Shown: positions 1 through 7,564 of the stretch, in pieces
Layout of the letters: each line of letters opens with the position of its first letter
How positions within the stretch are numbered: the first letter of the stretch is position 1
From: Candidatus Micrarchaeaceae archaeon
GTDB lineage: Archaea > Micrarchaeota > Micrarchaeia > Micrarchaeales > CABMGC01
Length of the DNA: 47,914 bases
Assembly: GCA_038873795.1 (NCBI GenBank)
Contig: JAVZDR010000001.1
Span: 1-47,914, forward strand
Direction: 5' to 3'
Program-made: the position numbers and the translations under genes
The notes under the pieces: model-generated
What the model was told of the DNA's origin: nothing
The model's input: only the letters and a program-made list of their open reading frames with translations
Databases searched by the model: none

Positions 1-438
1 TCCGAAGGACCGATGCCGCCGAGCGGCATAAGCGGCTTTGTAAAGAGCTACGGTACGATAATTAGCAACACCACAGTGATAAATGGTAACAATACGCCTG
101 TGCGGGCTTTCTCTATGGTCTGGGTGTTCAACAACTCCGCCTCTGCAATGGCGCAGTATAATCATCTGAATTCCATAAACATCCAGCAGCACGTGCAATT
201 CGGACTGAACCTTTCCAATTTCACGACGCCGAAGATAGGAAATGCGACCTCAGGCGCAGTGCTGTGGCCCGAGCGCTTTCAGCCCGGGGGCATCGGCCTA
301 AAGGTCTTTATAATAAACTTCGCCTACAAAAATATCGCAGTCAGGATCGGCGTATACGAGCACATCAACTCGACGTCTCCGGCAGCAGCTATATACCTTG
401 CCCAAAAGATGCTCTTAAACATTCAGGGTGCCACCTGA
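1..438 (+). CDS. 3' part of a gene for a secreted/surface protein of unknown function (runs off the left edge)
   Basis: Frame of ORF 13..438 stays open back to nt 1. No enzymatic motifs. Several N-x-S/T sequons (NTT, NNT, NNS, NLS, NFT, NAT, NST). Confidence 0.35.
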   Translation, partial: SEGPMPPSGISGFVKSYGTIISNTTVINGNNTPVRAFSMVWVFNNSASAMAQYNHLNSINIQQHVQFGLNLSNFTTPKIGNATSGAVLWPERFQPGGIGLKVFIINFAYKNIAVRIGVYEHINSTSPAAAIYLAQKMLLNIQGAT

Positions 439-840
439 TTTCTCTTTCCTGCTTCTTAAACCAGACTCAGCATACAGCAACAATCTCGGTGATTGAATTC
501 TTCAAGTCTACCTCCGGCGCACCTTATATCTGCATTTCCTACGTCTCATTTCCGATATCAGGTCCCACAACCAGCCCATGTAACATCACATTCTCCTTTA
601 CAAGATAACAGGCTTTGCAAACAGCAGCGCAGCAAACACAAGCGCTTAGCCTTTTCCAAACAGCATCAGCGCCTAAGCCGAATGATGCCATGGCATAAGG
701 CTTAAAAAACGGCATAATAGGCGAGAAAGGTTTATAAGCTTATTCTTCCAATATTTAGCTTGGCGTTTAGAGCATATTCTAATAAATCTTCCCCACCCTC
801 TAAACGCTTCTTCTGCTTTTTCGCTGAAACTTCCACTAAT

Positions 841-1341
841 CTACCATGGCACTTTCTTGAGCTTCAGAAGATATGCGCCCACGTTAGTAAGCTTGTGCAA
901 TACGCCTGTCAATACCACTATAAAGATGAGGCCGTAAATGCCAGGCAGGCGTCCAAAGGGCAGCGCCAGAAGCACAGCAAAGAGAAGGAACATATACTGA
1001 TCAAGGATCGCTATGCCCATGCCTGGTTTGATGCCAAGGCGCCTTTTTATGAAGCTGCCGAGCAGGTCTCCCACGTGCGTGCCTACACTTTCAAATATGC
1101 CTATGACAAGCATGTAAGGCAGGAAAAGGCCCTCGAGTGCAGCGAAAACAAAGCCCGCAAGCAGGCCTGCAATTAACCCCCTTACCGTTTTGTGCTCCCC
1201 GAAAATAGGCTTGCCGAAGAGCTTCCTGTTGCCATCTATCGGCCTGCCGCCGCCGAATAAGACCGGCGCGCCATTTGCCACATACGCAGGGAGTATGTAG
1301 ATTATGGGATAGATCAAAATCGAGTATATGATGCTCTGCAT
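841..1341 (-). CDS. carS: CDP-archaeol synthase (CDP-2,3-bis-O-geranylgeranyl-sn-glycerol synthase, DUF46 family)
   Basis: 166-aa polytopic protein. Has NGAPVLFGGGRPIDG...GEHKTVRG, GDLLGSFIKRRLG and the C-terminal KKVPW typical of archaeal CarS. Confidence 0.8.
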   Translation of the reverse strand: MQSIIYSILIYPIIYILPAYVANGAPVLFGGGRPIDGNRKLFGKPIFGEHKTVRGLIAGLLAGFVFAALEGLFLPYMLVIGIFESVGTHVGDLLGSFIKRRLGIKPGMGIAILDQYMFLLFAVLLALPFGRLPGIYGLIFIVVLTGVLHKLTNVGAYLLKLKKVPW

Positions 1342-1527
1342 AAAGTTTACCTTTTTGTTTTTTTGTAAGCAGCGCCTATTCTACACTCTCCTGCAGCAAA
1401 AACCAGACAATAGATACGGCTATCCCTAGGAGTATCAGGCCAATACCTAATGCAGGCGTTTTGCTTTCCACAGAAACATTACTGTATACCCGCACAAATA
1501 TAAGATTTTGCGTGCTAATTTATCTGA

Positions 1528-1599
1528 GGGCTCGTAGTCGAGTGGCAAGACGTCTCTTTCACAGAGAGAAGATCCGGAGTTCGATTCTCCGCGGGCCCA
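1528..1599 (+). tRNA. tRNA-Val (anticodon CAC), no intron, CCA not encoded
   Basis: Cloverleaf folded by hand. Acceptor GGGCTCG/CGGGCCC, anticodon stem TCTCT/AGAGA, loop TTCACAG, T-arm CGGAG-TTCGATT-CTCCG, discriminator A. TATA-like ACAAATATAAGATTTT is centred about 27 nt upstream. Confidence 0.9.
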
Positions 1600-1865
1600 T
1601 CCTTTGCCAATAGCAAAATCCTTCTGCCGATTACCAATGCTGAGCAAATGCCTAATCTCTTTTTGCACCCTTGATACTATCTCTGAGCCATCTGGCTAAC
1701 CGCACCGGAAGCAACTTTTTTTCCTCATCGTTTATAATCTTCCAAAGCTCATTCCACTCCATATAACCTTACCAGAACATCGCATATAGCCAAACACCAT
1801 GCAGTATTCAATGCTGACCCATACACAATTGCTATAAATCTTAATCTTGAATTATCTTAGTTGCT

Positions 1866-2942
1866 ATGGATGTATATACAAAGATAAATCTAATAAAGGC
1901 TCCTCCGCTTGAAGAAGTTGTGACTGAGGAGGAGCTAAAGTCGGTCCTCGAAACGAATGCCAGGCCAAAGCATTACATAGGCTATGAAATCTCAGGTCTG
2001 CTCCATCTTGGCTCCCTCTTTATGGGCGGCTACAAGCTCAATGATTTCGCAGATGCTGGCCTTGAAACGACAGTGTATTTGGCCGATTGGCACAGCTTCA
2101 TAAATAAGAAGCTTGGGGGAGACTGGGACCGCATAATAAAGGCATCGAAATACTTCAGGGAGGCATTCAAGTTCTTTGCGCCAAAGGCGAAGATAGTCCT
2201 CGGCTCAGATCTATACCACAACAACGATGAGTATTGGAAGGACGTAGTGAGGTTCTCTTCAAAGATAACCTTCTCAAGGGCAAAACGGTGCGTCACAATA
2301 ATGGGGAGGAGCGAGAGCGAATCTTTGGACATGGCGCAGTATCTATATCCGCCGATGCAGGCCGTGGATGTGAAATACTTGGGCGAGGATTTTCCGCATG
2401 GTGGCATGGATCAGCGGAAAGTGCACATGCTTGCCAGGGAGATATTCCCAAAGCTCGGCTGGAATAAGCCCGTTGCCCTGCATCACCACCTGCTGGCCGG
2501 CCTCGCAAAGCCCGGTGAGGTAACTTCAGGAGAGAAGCTTGACAGAGTTATTGCGGCTAAGATGAGTAAGAGCAAGCCTTGGACTGCAATATTCATACAC
2601 GATTCAAATGAGCAGATAAGGGAGAAGCTCGCCAAGGCATGGTGCCCTGAGAAAGAGGCAGAGATGAATCCCGTGCTTGAAATTGCAAAGTACATAATAT
2701 TCCACGAGCGCAAGGAATTCACTATAGAGCGCGAGAGCAGGTATGGCGGCAGCGTGACTTTTGCTTCGTATGCAGAGCTCGAGTCTGAATACATAAAAGG
2801 CAAGATACACCCGCAGGACCTCAAGAGCGCTGTAGCTGAAGAGTTGGGCAGGATAATAGACCCTATCAGGAGGCATTTCGAGAGCGAGCAGATGCGCAGG
2901 CTCATAGAGGTCTTTGAAGTTAGTAGTGCTCCTTCTCAATAA
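1866..2942 (+). CDS. tyrS: tyrosyl-tRNA synthetase (archaeal type)
   Basis: Class I aaRS with HIGH-like GLLHLGS and KMSKS (AAKMSKSKP). Collinear by eye with M. jannaschii TyrRS (YPPMQAVD, GGMDQRKVHMLARE, NPVLEIAKY, HPQDLKSAVAEEL). Confidence 0.9.
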   Translation: MDVYTKINLIKAPPLEEVVTEEELKSVLETNARPKHYIGYEISGLLHLGSLFMGGYKLNDFADAGLETTVYLADWHSFINKKLGGDWDRIIKASKYFREAFKFFAPKAKIVLGSDLYHNNDEYWKDVVRFSSKITFSRAKRCVTIMGRSESESLDMAQYLYPPMQAVDVKYLGEDFPHGGMDQRKVHMLAREIFPKLGWNKPVALHHHLLAGLAKPGEVTSGEKLDRVIAAKMSKSKPWTAIFIHDSNEQIREKLAKAWCPEKEAEMNPVLEIAKYIIFHERKEFTIERESRYGGSVTFASYAELESEYIKGKIHPQDLKSAVAEELGRIIDPIRRHFESEQMRRLIEVFEVSSAPSQ

Positions 2943-3510
2943 AGTAATCAGCGAATGCATTGAATGCTTTCGCCCTGTGGGACAGCTCATTCTTCTTGTC
3001 GATGCCCAGCTCCGCCAGCGTCTTTTTGCTGCCATCTGGTATGAATATTGGATCATAGCCGAAGGCCCTGCCCTTGCTTATCCTCTCTGCTATTGTGCCT
3101 TCTGCAACCCCTTTGAAAAGCTTCAGCTCGCTCTCGCTCGCATAGCATATCACCGTCTCGAACCTGGCGCGCCTCACCTCTGCGCCTTCGAGAAGCTTCA
3201 AGATGCCCTTCAGCCCGATGGCTTTGTAGACCTCCGCGGCGTATGGGCCAGGAAAGCCATTCAGCGAATCTATGAAGAGACCTGTGTCCTCGACTATCAA
3301 TGGAACCAGCAGCGCCGAGAAAGCAGCTACTGCCCCAAGTTGGGCTATACTCTCAATGCTGTTGGACTGTATTTCATATTTTGGGTAATTAAGCCAATTG
3401 ACTTTTATGCCGCGTTTTTCACCAAGAGCCCGGATCTCTTCAAACTTGTTTTTGTTGCTGGTAACGAAGTTTATCTCTTTCACCAAATCGCCTTGCAAGG
3501 CCACATGCAT
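2920..3510 (-). CDS. non-canonical purine NTP pyrophosphatase (ITPase, Ham1/RdgB family)
   Basis: FVTSNKNKFEE at the N-terminus, EDTGL, FGYDPIF and SHRAKAF motifs. Its 3' end overlaps tyrS convergently by 23 nt. Confidence 0.85.
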   Translation of the reverse strand: MHVALQGDLVKEINFVTSNKNKFEEIRALGEKRGIKVNWLNYPKYEIQSNSIESIAQLGAVAAFSALLVPLIVEDTGLFIDSLNGFPGPYAAEVYKAIGLKGILKLLEGAEVRRARFETVICYASESELKLFKGVAEGTIAERISKGRAFGYDPIFIPDGSKKTLAELGIDKKNELSHRAKAFNAFADYFIEKEHY

Positions 3511-3693
3511 GGGCGTTGTGGGAAGGCTTTGTAGACAGCATTGTTATGCCCGTGAATGGCTTGCTCAATGTTGCTTTGCAACATGCCAACCAGCTGATGG
3601 AAAGCCCATTCCTTTAGCTGGGGTAGTTTACTTTTGCTACATATAACTGGCCGCATAAAGAATGATAAATCTTTGCGCTTCGAGACAGAAAGT

Positions 3694-3704
3694 TTTATTA
3701 TATT
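3694..3704 (+). promoter_or_regulatory. TATA-like box for tRNA-Arg
   Basis: TTTTATTATAT centred about 26 nt upstream of the tRNA 5' end (3725). Confidence 0.5.
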
Positions 3705-3724
3705 TTTATTTGCATATATCTCAA

Positions 3725-3825
3725 GGGCCCGTAGCTCAGCTTGGACAGAGCAGCACCGTCCTAAGGTGATGGTCGCGGGTTCAAAACATTCACGCAAAGA
3801 AAATGTGGAACTCCCGTCGGGCCCG
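3725..3825 (+). tRNA. tRNA-Arg (anticodon CCT) interrupted by a 26-nt non-canonical intron in the T-loop
   Basis: Acceptor GGGCCCG/CGGGCCC, D-arm GCTC/GAGC, anticodon loop GTCCTAA. T-stem halves GCGGG (3775-3779) and CCCGT (3813-3817) are 33 nt apart instead of 7. Removing 3786..3811 gives a 75-nt tRNA with T-loop TTCAAAT. Confidence 0.85.
3786..3811 (+). other. tRNA intron at position 59/60 (bulge-helix-bulge)
   Basis: Central helix 3780-3783 TTCA / 3806-3809 TGGA (one G-U). 3-nt bulges AAA (3784-3786) and ACT (3810-3812). Inner helix CATT (3787-3790) / AATG (3802-3805). Confidence 0.75.
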
Positions 3826-3836
3826 AGGCGCTTACA

Positions 3837-4910
3837 ATGGCAAGAGCTAAATCAATGGAAAAGCGGAAGCATGGAAATGCAGAGCCTGAGCTTGTAGTTA
3901 AAAAGCTTGGCAGGTTCGGCTATCTTGACACGATACATGTCTCGCTGATAGTGCTTGTCGCAATACTGGTGGCGCTGCTTCTTGTAATTTCCTTCTCGAA
4001 GCCTGCTATTCTGATAAGGAACGTGACAAATTCAACTCAGCCACTCAACTGCACCTATGGCCTGCAGAGCGGCAGATGCGTTGTTCCCCTGCACAACGTC
4101 TCTGAAGTAAGCGCCCAGGTCGAAAGGGTGCTTGCGAGCTACGCCTACATAAACAGTTCCTTATCCTTGCTCGCATACTTCTCCGACATAAAGAATGCAA
4201 GCTATGCATACCTGCCAAGCGAAGGGAGCTGGCTTACAGCAATACCAGCTATAAATCCATCGACAGGCACACACTTCATGTTTTACCTTCTCATAAACGG
4301 CACAACGCTCAGTGCCATCCCATACCTGCAGACAATCATGCCATCTGAGATAACGGCAAACAGGGTTGTCTCGCAGGGTGTCATATCGGTAAATGGCAAA
4401 TTCGCATGCCAGAGCCAGTATCCTGTGCAGGTCTTCTGGTTTATCGATCCATACGCTCCAGGAAGCATAGCCAGCCTGCTCAATGCGACAAGCATAGAGA
4501 GCAGATTCGGTAACAAAGTCAACGTTTCAGTCAAGGTGCTTTACGGGAGCTATTCAGCCCTTGTTGGTTCAAGGTCCGGTCAGATTAATGCCGAGGCACT
4601 CTCAAAATATGTGCTATGTGCGTCAACGCAAAGCAACTTCTCCAGATTTGCAACAAATCTGTATTCTGCGTATTCTGGATCTTATATGTCAAATCAGACG
4701 CTCCTTGCAATAGCTAAAGATTCATCATTGAATATTGCGCAGCTTGACAGCTGCCTGGCCAATTCCACAACCATAATGAACAGGCAGGCGCTGCTTGCCG
4801 AATATTACAACATAACTTCAACGCCTGTAGCAATAGTCAACTGCAAGTACATGACTCTCCCGCAGACTGTTGTAAATGGAATATGCTATGTGAATAGCAC
4901 AATATGCTGA
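3837..4910 (+). CDS. membrane-anchored DsbA/thioredoxin-fold protein with degenerate active site
   Basis: N-terminal TM helix (VSLIVLVAILVALLLVISF). C-terminal half follows the DsbA-like pattern (VFWFIDPYAPGS..., LDSCLANST..., ITSTPVAIVN), but the CxxC position reads APGS. 14 N-x-S/T sequons counted by eye. Confidence 0.55.
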   Translation: MARAKSMEKRKHGNAEPELVVKKLGRFGYLDTIHVSLIVLVAILVALLLVISFSKPAILIRNVTNSTQPLNCTYGLQSGRCVVPLHNVSEVSAQVERVLASYAYINSSLSLLAYFSDIKNASYAYLPSEGSWLTAIPAINPSTGTHFMFYLLINGTTLSAIPYLQTIMPSEITANRVVSQGVISVNGKFACQSQYPVQVFWFIDPYAPGSIASLLNATSIESRFGNKVNVSVKVLYGSYSALVGSRSGQINAEALSKYVLCASTQSNFSRFATNLYSAYSGSYMSNQTLLAIAKDSSLNIAQLDSCLANSTTIMNRQALLAEYYNITSTPVAIVNCKYMTLPQTVVNGICYVNSTIC

Positions 4911-4916
4911 GATTCG

Positions 4917-5390
4917 ATGCGGTATATAATAGTGGGTATAGACCCAGGGAAGACGGCTGCAATAGCCTGCATAGGCCTTGACGGCAGTCTTGTATACATC
5001 GATTATGGAATATCTGTTGGGATTGGATGGTTCATAGAGCGAATAAAGGGTGCGGGCACACCCCTTGTTATAGCTTCTGATAAGAAGAGGGCTGGCAAGA
5101 CCATAAGCAAGCTCTCAGCGATCTTCGGCGCTCTGCTCTATACGCCAGAAAGGGACATAAGCGTCGAGAAAAAGAAGAAGGCATCTGAAGGGATGAGCAT
5201 AGAAAACCCCCATGAGAGGGATGCGCTGGCTGCGGCGAAGGCAGCATACAACGTCTATGCAAACAAGCTCAGGCAGGCCGGGCGCATAGCAGCTGAAAAG
5301 AACTCTGAAGCTGAAACGGTAAAAGCACGCGTGATAAGAAGATCATCGATAAGTGAGGCCATAGCCGGCTTGGGCCACGGCAGGAGGTAA
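4917..5390 (+). CDS. DUF460/COG2433-type RNase H-fold nuclease domain protein (short, N-terminal domain only)
   Basis: IVGIDPGKTAAIACIGLDG, PLVIASD and NPHERDALAAAKAAY match the N-terminal domain of archaeal DUF460 proteins as I recall them. Lies 6 nt downstream of the previous gene. Confidence 0.6.
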   Translation: MRYIIVGIDPGKTAAIACIGLDGSLVYIDYGISVGIGWFIERIKGAGTPLVIASDKKRAGKTISKLSAIFGALLYTPERDISVEKKKKASEGMSIENPHERDALAAAKAAYNVYANKLRQAGRIAAEKNSEAETVKARVIRRSSISEAIAGLGHGRR

Positions 5391-5561
5391 ACTACGCCAT
5401 AGCAAGTTTATCAAACTGAGCGGGAAATCCAGCCATGGCGGGAGAGCCTACCGACTGCCTCGGCACAAAACGATTTGCCAATTTCCTAAATATGGCCTCG
5501 ATGCAAACATATATATACTTTTTTCCGTATACCAATCATCATACTATGTCCATTTGGGAAG

Positions 5562-5581
5562 CCCACAAATTTATTTGTGGG
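5562..5581. promoter_or_regulatory. perfect 9-bp inverted repeat upstream of alba
   Basis: CCCACAAAT-TT-ATTTGTGGG, 62 nt upstream of the alba ATG. Could be an operator or a 5'-UTR hairpin. Confidence 0.4.
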
Positions 5582-5642
5582 GGATGTCAATAGCAAAATT
5601 GTGATAGTTATTCAGCAATGCTAGTAACAAACAGGTGGAAAT

Positions 5643-5954
5643 ATGTCTGACAAAATAGAAAACGCAGAAGCGAACTCTGAGCATATACCAGAGAATGTGG
5701 TATACGTGGGAAAGAAATCTGCAATGAACTACGTGCTGGCTGTTGTGACCCAGTTCAACAACGGCGCAAAGAGCGTGTCGATAAAGGCGAGGGGTAACAC
5801 CATCTCAAGGGCCGTCGATGTTGCTGAGATAACCAGGAACAGATTCATATCAGATGCAAAGGTCGGCAACATAACCATAGGCACCGAAGAGCTAGCCAAC
5901 GAGGATGGCACAAAGTCGAAGGTAAGCTCTATACAGATAACCCTAACCAGGTAA
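5643..5954 (+). CDS. albA: DNA/RNA-binding protein Alba
   Basis: 103 aa. [44 protein letters not shown] is the Alba signature. AGGTGG Shine-Dalgarno 5 nt upstream. Confidence 0.95.
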   Translation: MSDKIENAEANSEHIPENVVYVGKKSAMNYVLAVVTQFNNGAKSVSIKARGNTISRAVDVAEITRNRFISDAKVGNITIGTEELANEDGTKSKVSSIQITLTR

Positions 5955-5979
5955 ATTTCTATTTTTCTTTTCCTTTTTC

Positions 5980-6351
5980 TCAAGCTTTAGCTGCCACGAC
6001 GTCAGAAGTGCTTACCACGCCGCTGCAGATCATATCTTTTTTGTTGTCTACGACAGGCAACCTCGTTATCCTGTACCTGATCATCATCTTCGCTGCCTCT
6101 TCTATGCTAGAGCTGAGCTCGACAAAAATGGGCTTTTTCATCACTGTGCCAACAGCAGTGTCATCGCTGATCCCATTTGCCAGCGCATTCTCTATATCCT
6201 TCTTTGTCAGGATTCCAACAAGCCTGCCATTCTTAAGCACAGGCAGAACAGCGACAGCGCTGTTTTTGGTTAGCCTTAGCGCGGTGTAGAGCTTTGTCTC
6301 TGGGGCTACCCCCACAATATGCTTGTGCATGATTGTTGCTACCGATGGCAT
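5980..6351 (-). CDS. CBS-domain pair protein
   Basis: Two CBS repeats (LPVLKNGRLVGILTKKDI and LPVVDNKKDMICSGVVSTSDV). No other domain. Confidence 0.85.
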   Translation of the reverse strand: MPSVATIMHKHIVGVAPETKLYTALRLTKNSAVAVLPVLKNGRLVGILTKKDIENALANGISDDTAVGTVMKKPIFVELSSSIEEAAKMMIRYRITRLPVVDNKKDMICSGVVSTSDVVAAKA

Positions 6352-6413
6352 GAATTTATTGAAACGCTAAAATTCTTATTTGTATCTGCTCAATTCCTAT
6401 TGGAGGCGGAGGG

Positions 6414-6899
6414 ATGAAAATAAAGGCCATAGAGATAAGGAAGGATAAGGAGACGCAGGTTATAATAGGCCATGCAGGATTCATAAAGACAGCAGAGGAC
6501 CTATACGAAGCAATGTCTGGAGCGGTGCCTGGTGTGAAGTTTGGCTTAGCATTCGTAGAAGCCAGTGGCCCCTGCCTGGTGAGAAGCGAGGGAAACGACA
6601 ATGAACTTGTGTCGTCAGCTGAGAAGAACGCAAAGGCCATAGGTGCAGGCCACACCTTCGTAATACTGTTCAAGAATGCGTATCCTATAAACGTGCTGAA
6701 CAGCATCAAGTCTGTCAGCGAGGTTTCATCCATCTACTGCGCCACATCAAATCCAGTAAAGGTGCTTGTCGCTGACCTTGGCGATGGCGCCGCGGTATTG
6801 GGCGTAGTCGATGGCCACAAGGCAAAAGGCATAGAGGGCCCTGCAGACAAGTCAAAGAGAAGAAAGCTTCTCCGCGATATAGGCTACAAGCTAGGTTGA
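6414..6899 (+). CDS. adenosine-specific kinase family protein (PF04008/DUF355-like)
   Basis: GHAGFIKTAEDLYEA, KFGLAFVEASGPCLVRSEGND, GAGHTFVILFKNAYPINVLN and CATSNP resemble the PAE2307-type family from memory. Confidence 0.6.
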   Translation: MKIKAIEIRKDKETQVIIGHAGFIKTAEDLYEAMSGAVPGVKFGLAFVEASGPCLVRSEGNDNELVSSAEKNAKAIGAGHTFVILFKNAYPINVLNSIKSVSEVSSIYCATSNPVKVLVADLGDGAAVLGVVDGHKAKGIEGPADKSKRRKLLRDIGYKLG

Positions 6900-6903
6900 T
6901 GCA

Positions 6904-7560
6904 ATGGCTTTCAAGCAGCTAAGCGATGAAAAGATAAATGAGGCTCTGGCTACCTTGGAAAGGGCATATCCCGATGCAAAATACTATCTCAATTTTTCCA
7001 CTCCAATAGACTTGCTTGTTGCAGCCATATTGTCCGCGCAGACGCACGATGAGGTGGTCAATGCAGCTACCGCTGAACTCTTCAAGCACTTCAAGACCGC
7101 CAGGGATTATTCTAATGCTAGACCGGAGGAGCTTCTAAAATACATAGGCAAGGTTAGCTTTGCGGGCAAAAAGGCCATAAGCATAATAGAGGCATGCAAG
7201 ATAATAGCGGAGAAGTATGGCGGCAAAGTCCCAAACAAGATGTCAGAATTGGTTGAGCTTCCAGGGATAGGGCGCAAGACCGCAAATACCATACTCATAA
7301 ACGCTTATGGAATAGTCGAAGGCATACCTGTCGATACGTGGGTGATAAAGCTCTCATATAGGATAGGCATAACAGAAGATAGGGATCCAGAGAAGATAGA
7401 GGAAAAACTAATGCGTGTTCTCGACAAGAAATACTGGCACAATATAGCGTATGTGCTTAAGAGACACGGCCACCAGATATGCCATTCGCAGGCGCCCCTC
7501 TGCAGCAAATGCGTAATCAATGCCATATGCCCCAAGAACGGAGTAAAGGGTCACGGGTAA
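6904..7560 (+). CDS. nth: endonuclease III (HhH-GPD DNA glycosylase/AP lyase), paralog 1
   Basis: HhH LPGIGRKTANTIL, catalytic-region VDTWV, and 4Fe-4S ligands C-x6-C-x2-C-x5-C (CHSQAPLCSKCVINAIC). Confidence 0.9.
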   Translation: MAFKQLSDEKINEALATLERAYPDAKYYLNFSTPIDLLVAAILSAQTHDEVVNAATAELFKHFKTARDYSNARPEELLKYIGKVSFAGKKAISIIEACKIIAEKYGGKVPNKMSELVELPGIGRKTANTILINAYGIVEGIPVDTWVIKLSYRIGITEDRDPEKIEEKLMRVLDKKYWHNIAYVLKRHGHQICHSQAPLCSKCVINAICPKNGVKGHG

Positions 7561-7564
7561 TAAA

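Noticed and set aside
1447-1668. 73-aa minus-strand ORF
   Set aside because: It runs antisense straight through tRNA-Val(CAC) at 1528..1599. The sequence there (GWARGESNSGSSLCERDVLPLDYEP) is the typical translation of a tRNA complement, not a gene.
3480-3797. 105-aa minus-strand ORF, plus the 3634..3897 plus-strand ORF
   Set aside because: Both cross tRNA-Arg and its promoter. Composition is Cys/Arg-rich and no motif is present, so they are explained by the tRNA gene.
5391-5470. Possible 5S rRNA because of a GCCATAGC-like start
   Set aside because: The downstream sequence lacks the conserved CCGAAC and GTTAAGC loop elements. It also cannot form the 5S helix I with any nearby 3' segment.
5528-5548. 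Possible C/D box sRNA (ATGATGA on the minus strand)
   Set aside because: No CTGA D/D' boxes occur at the required 12-nt guide spacing, there is no C' box, and there are no terminal complementary ends.
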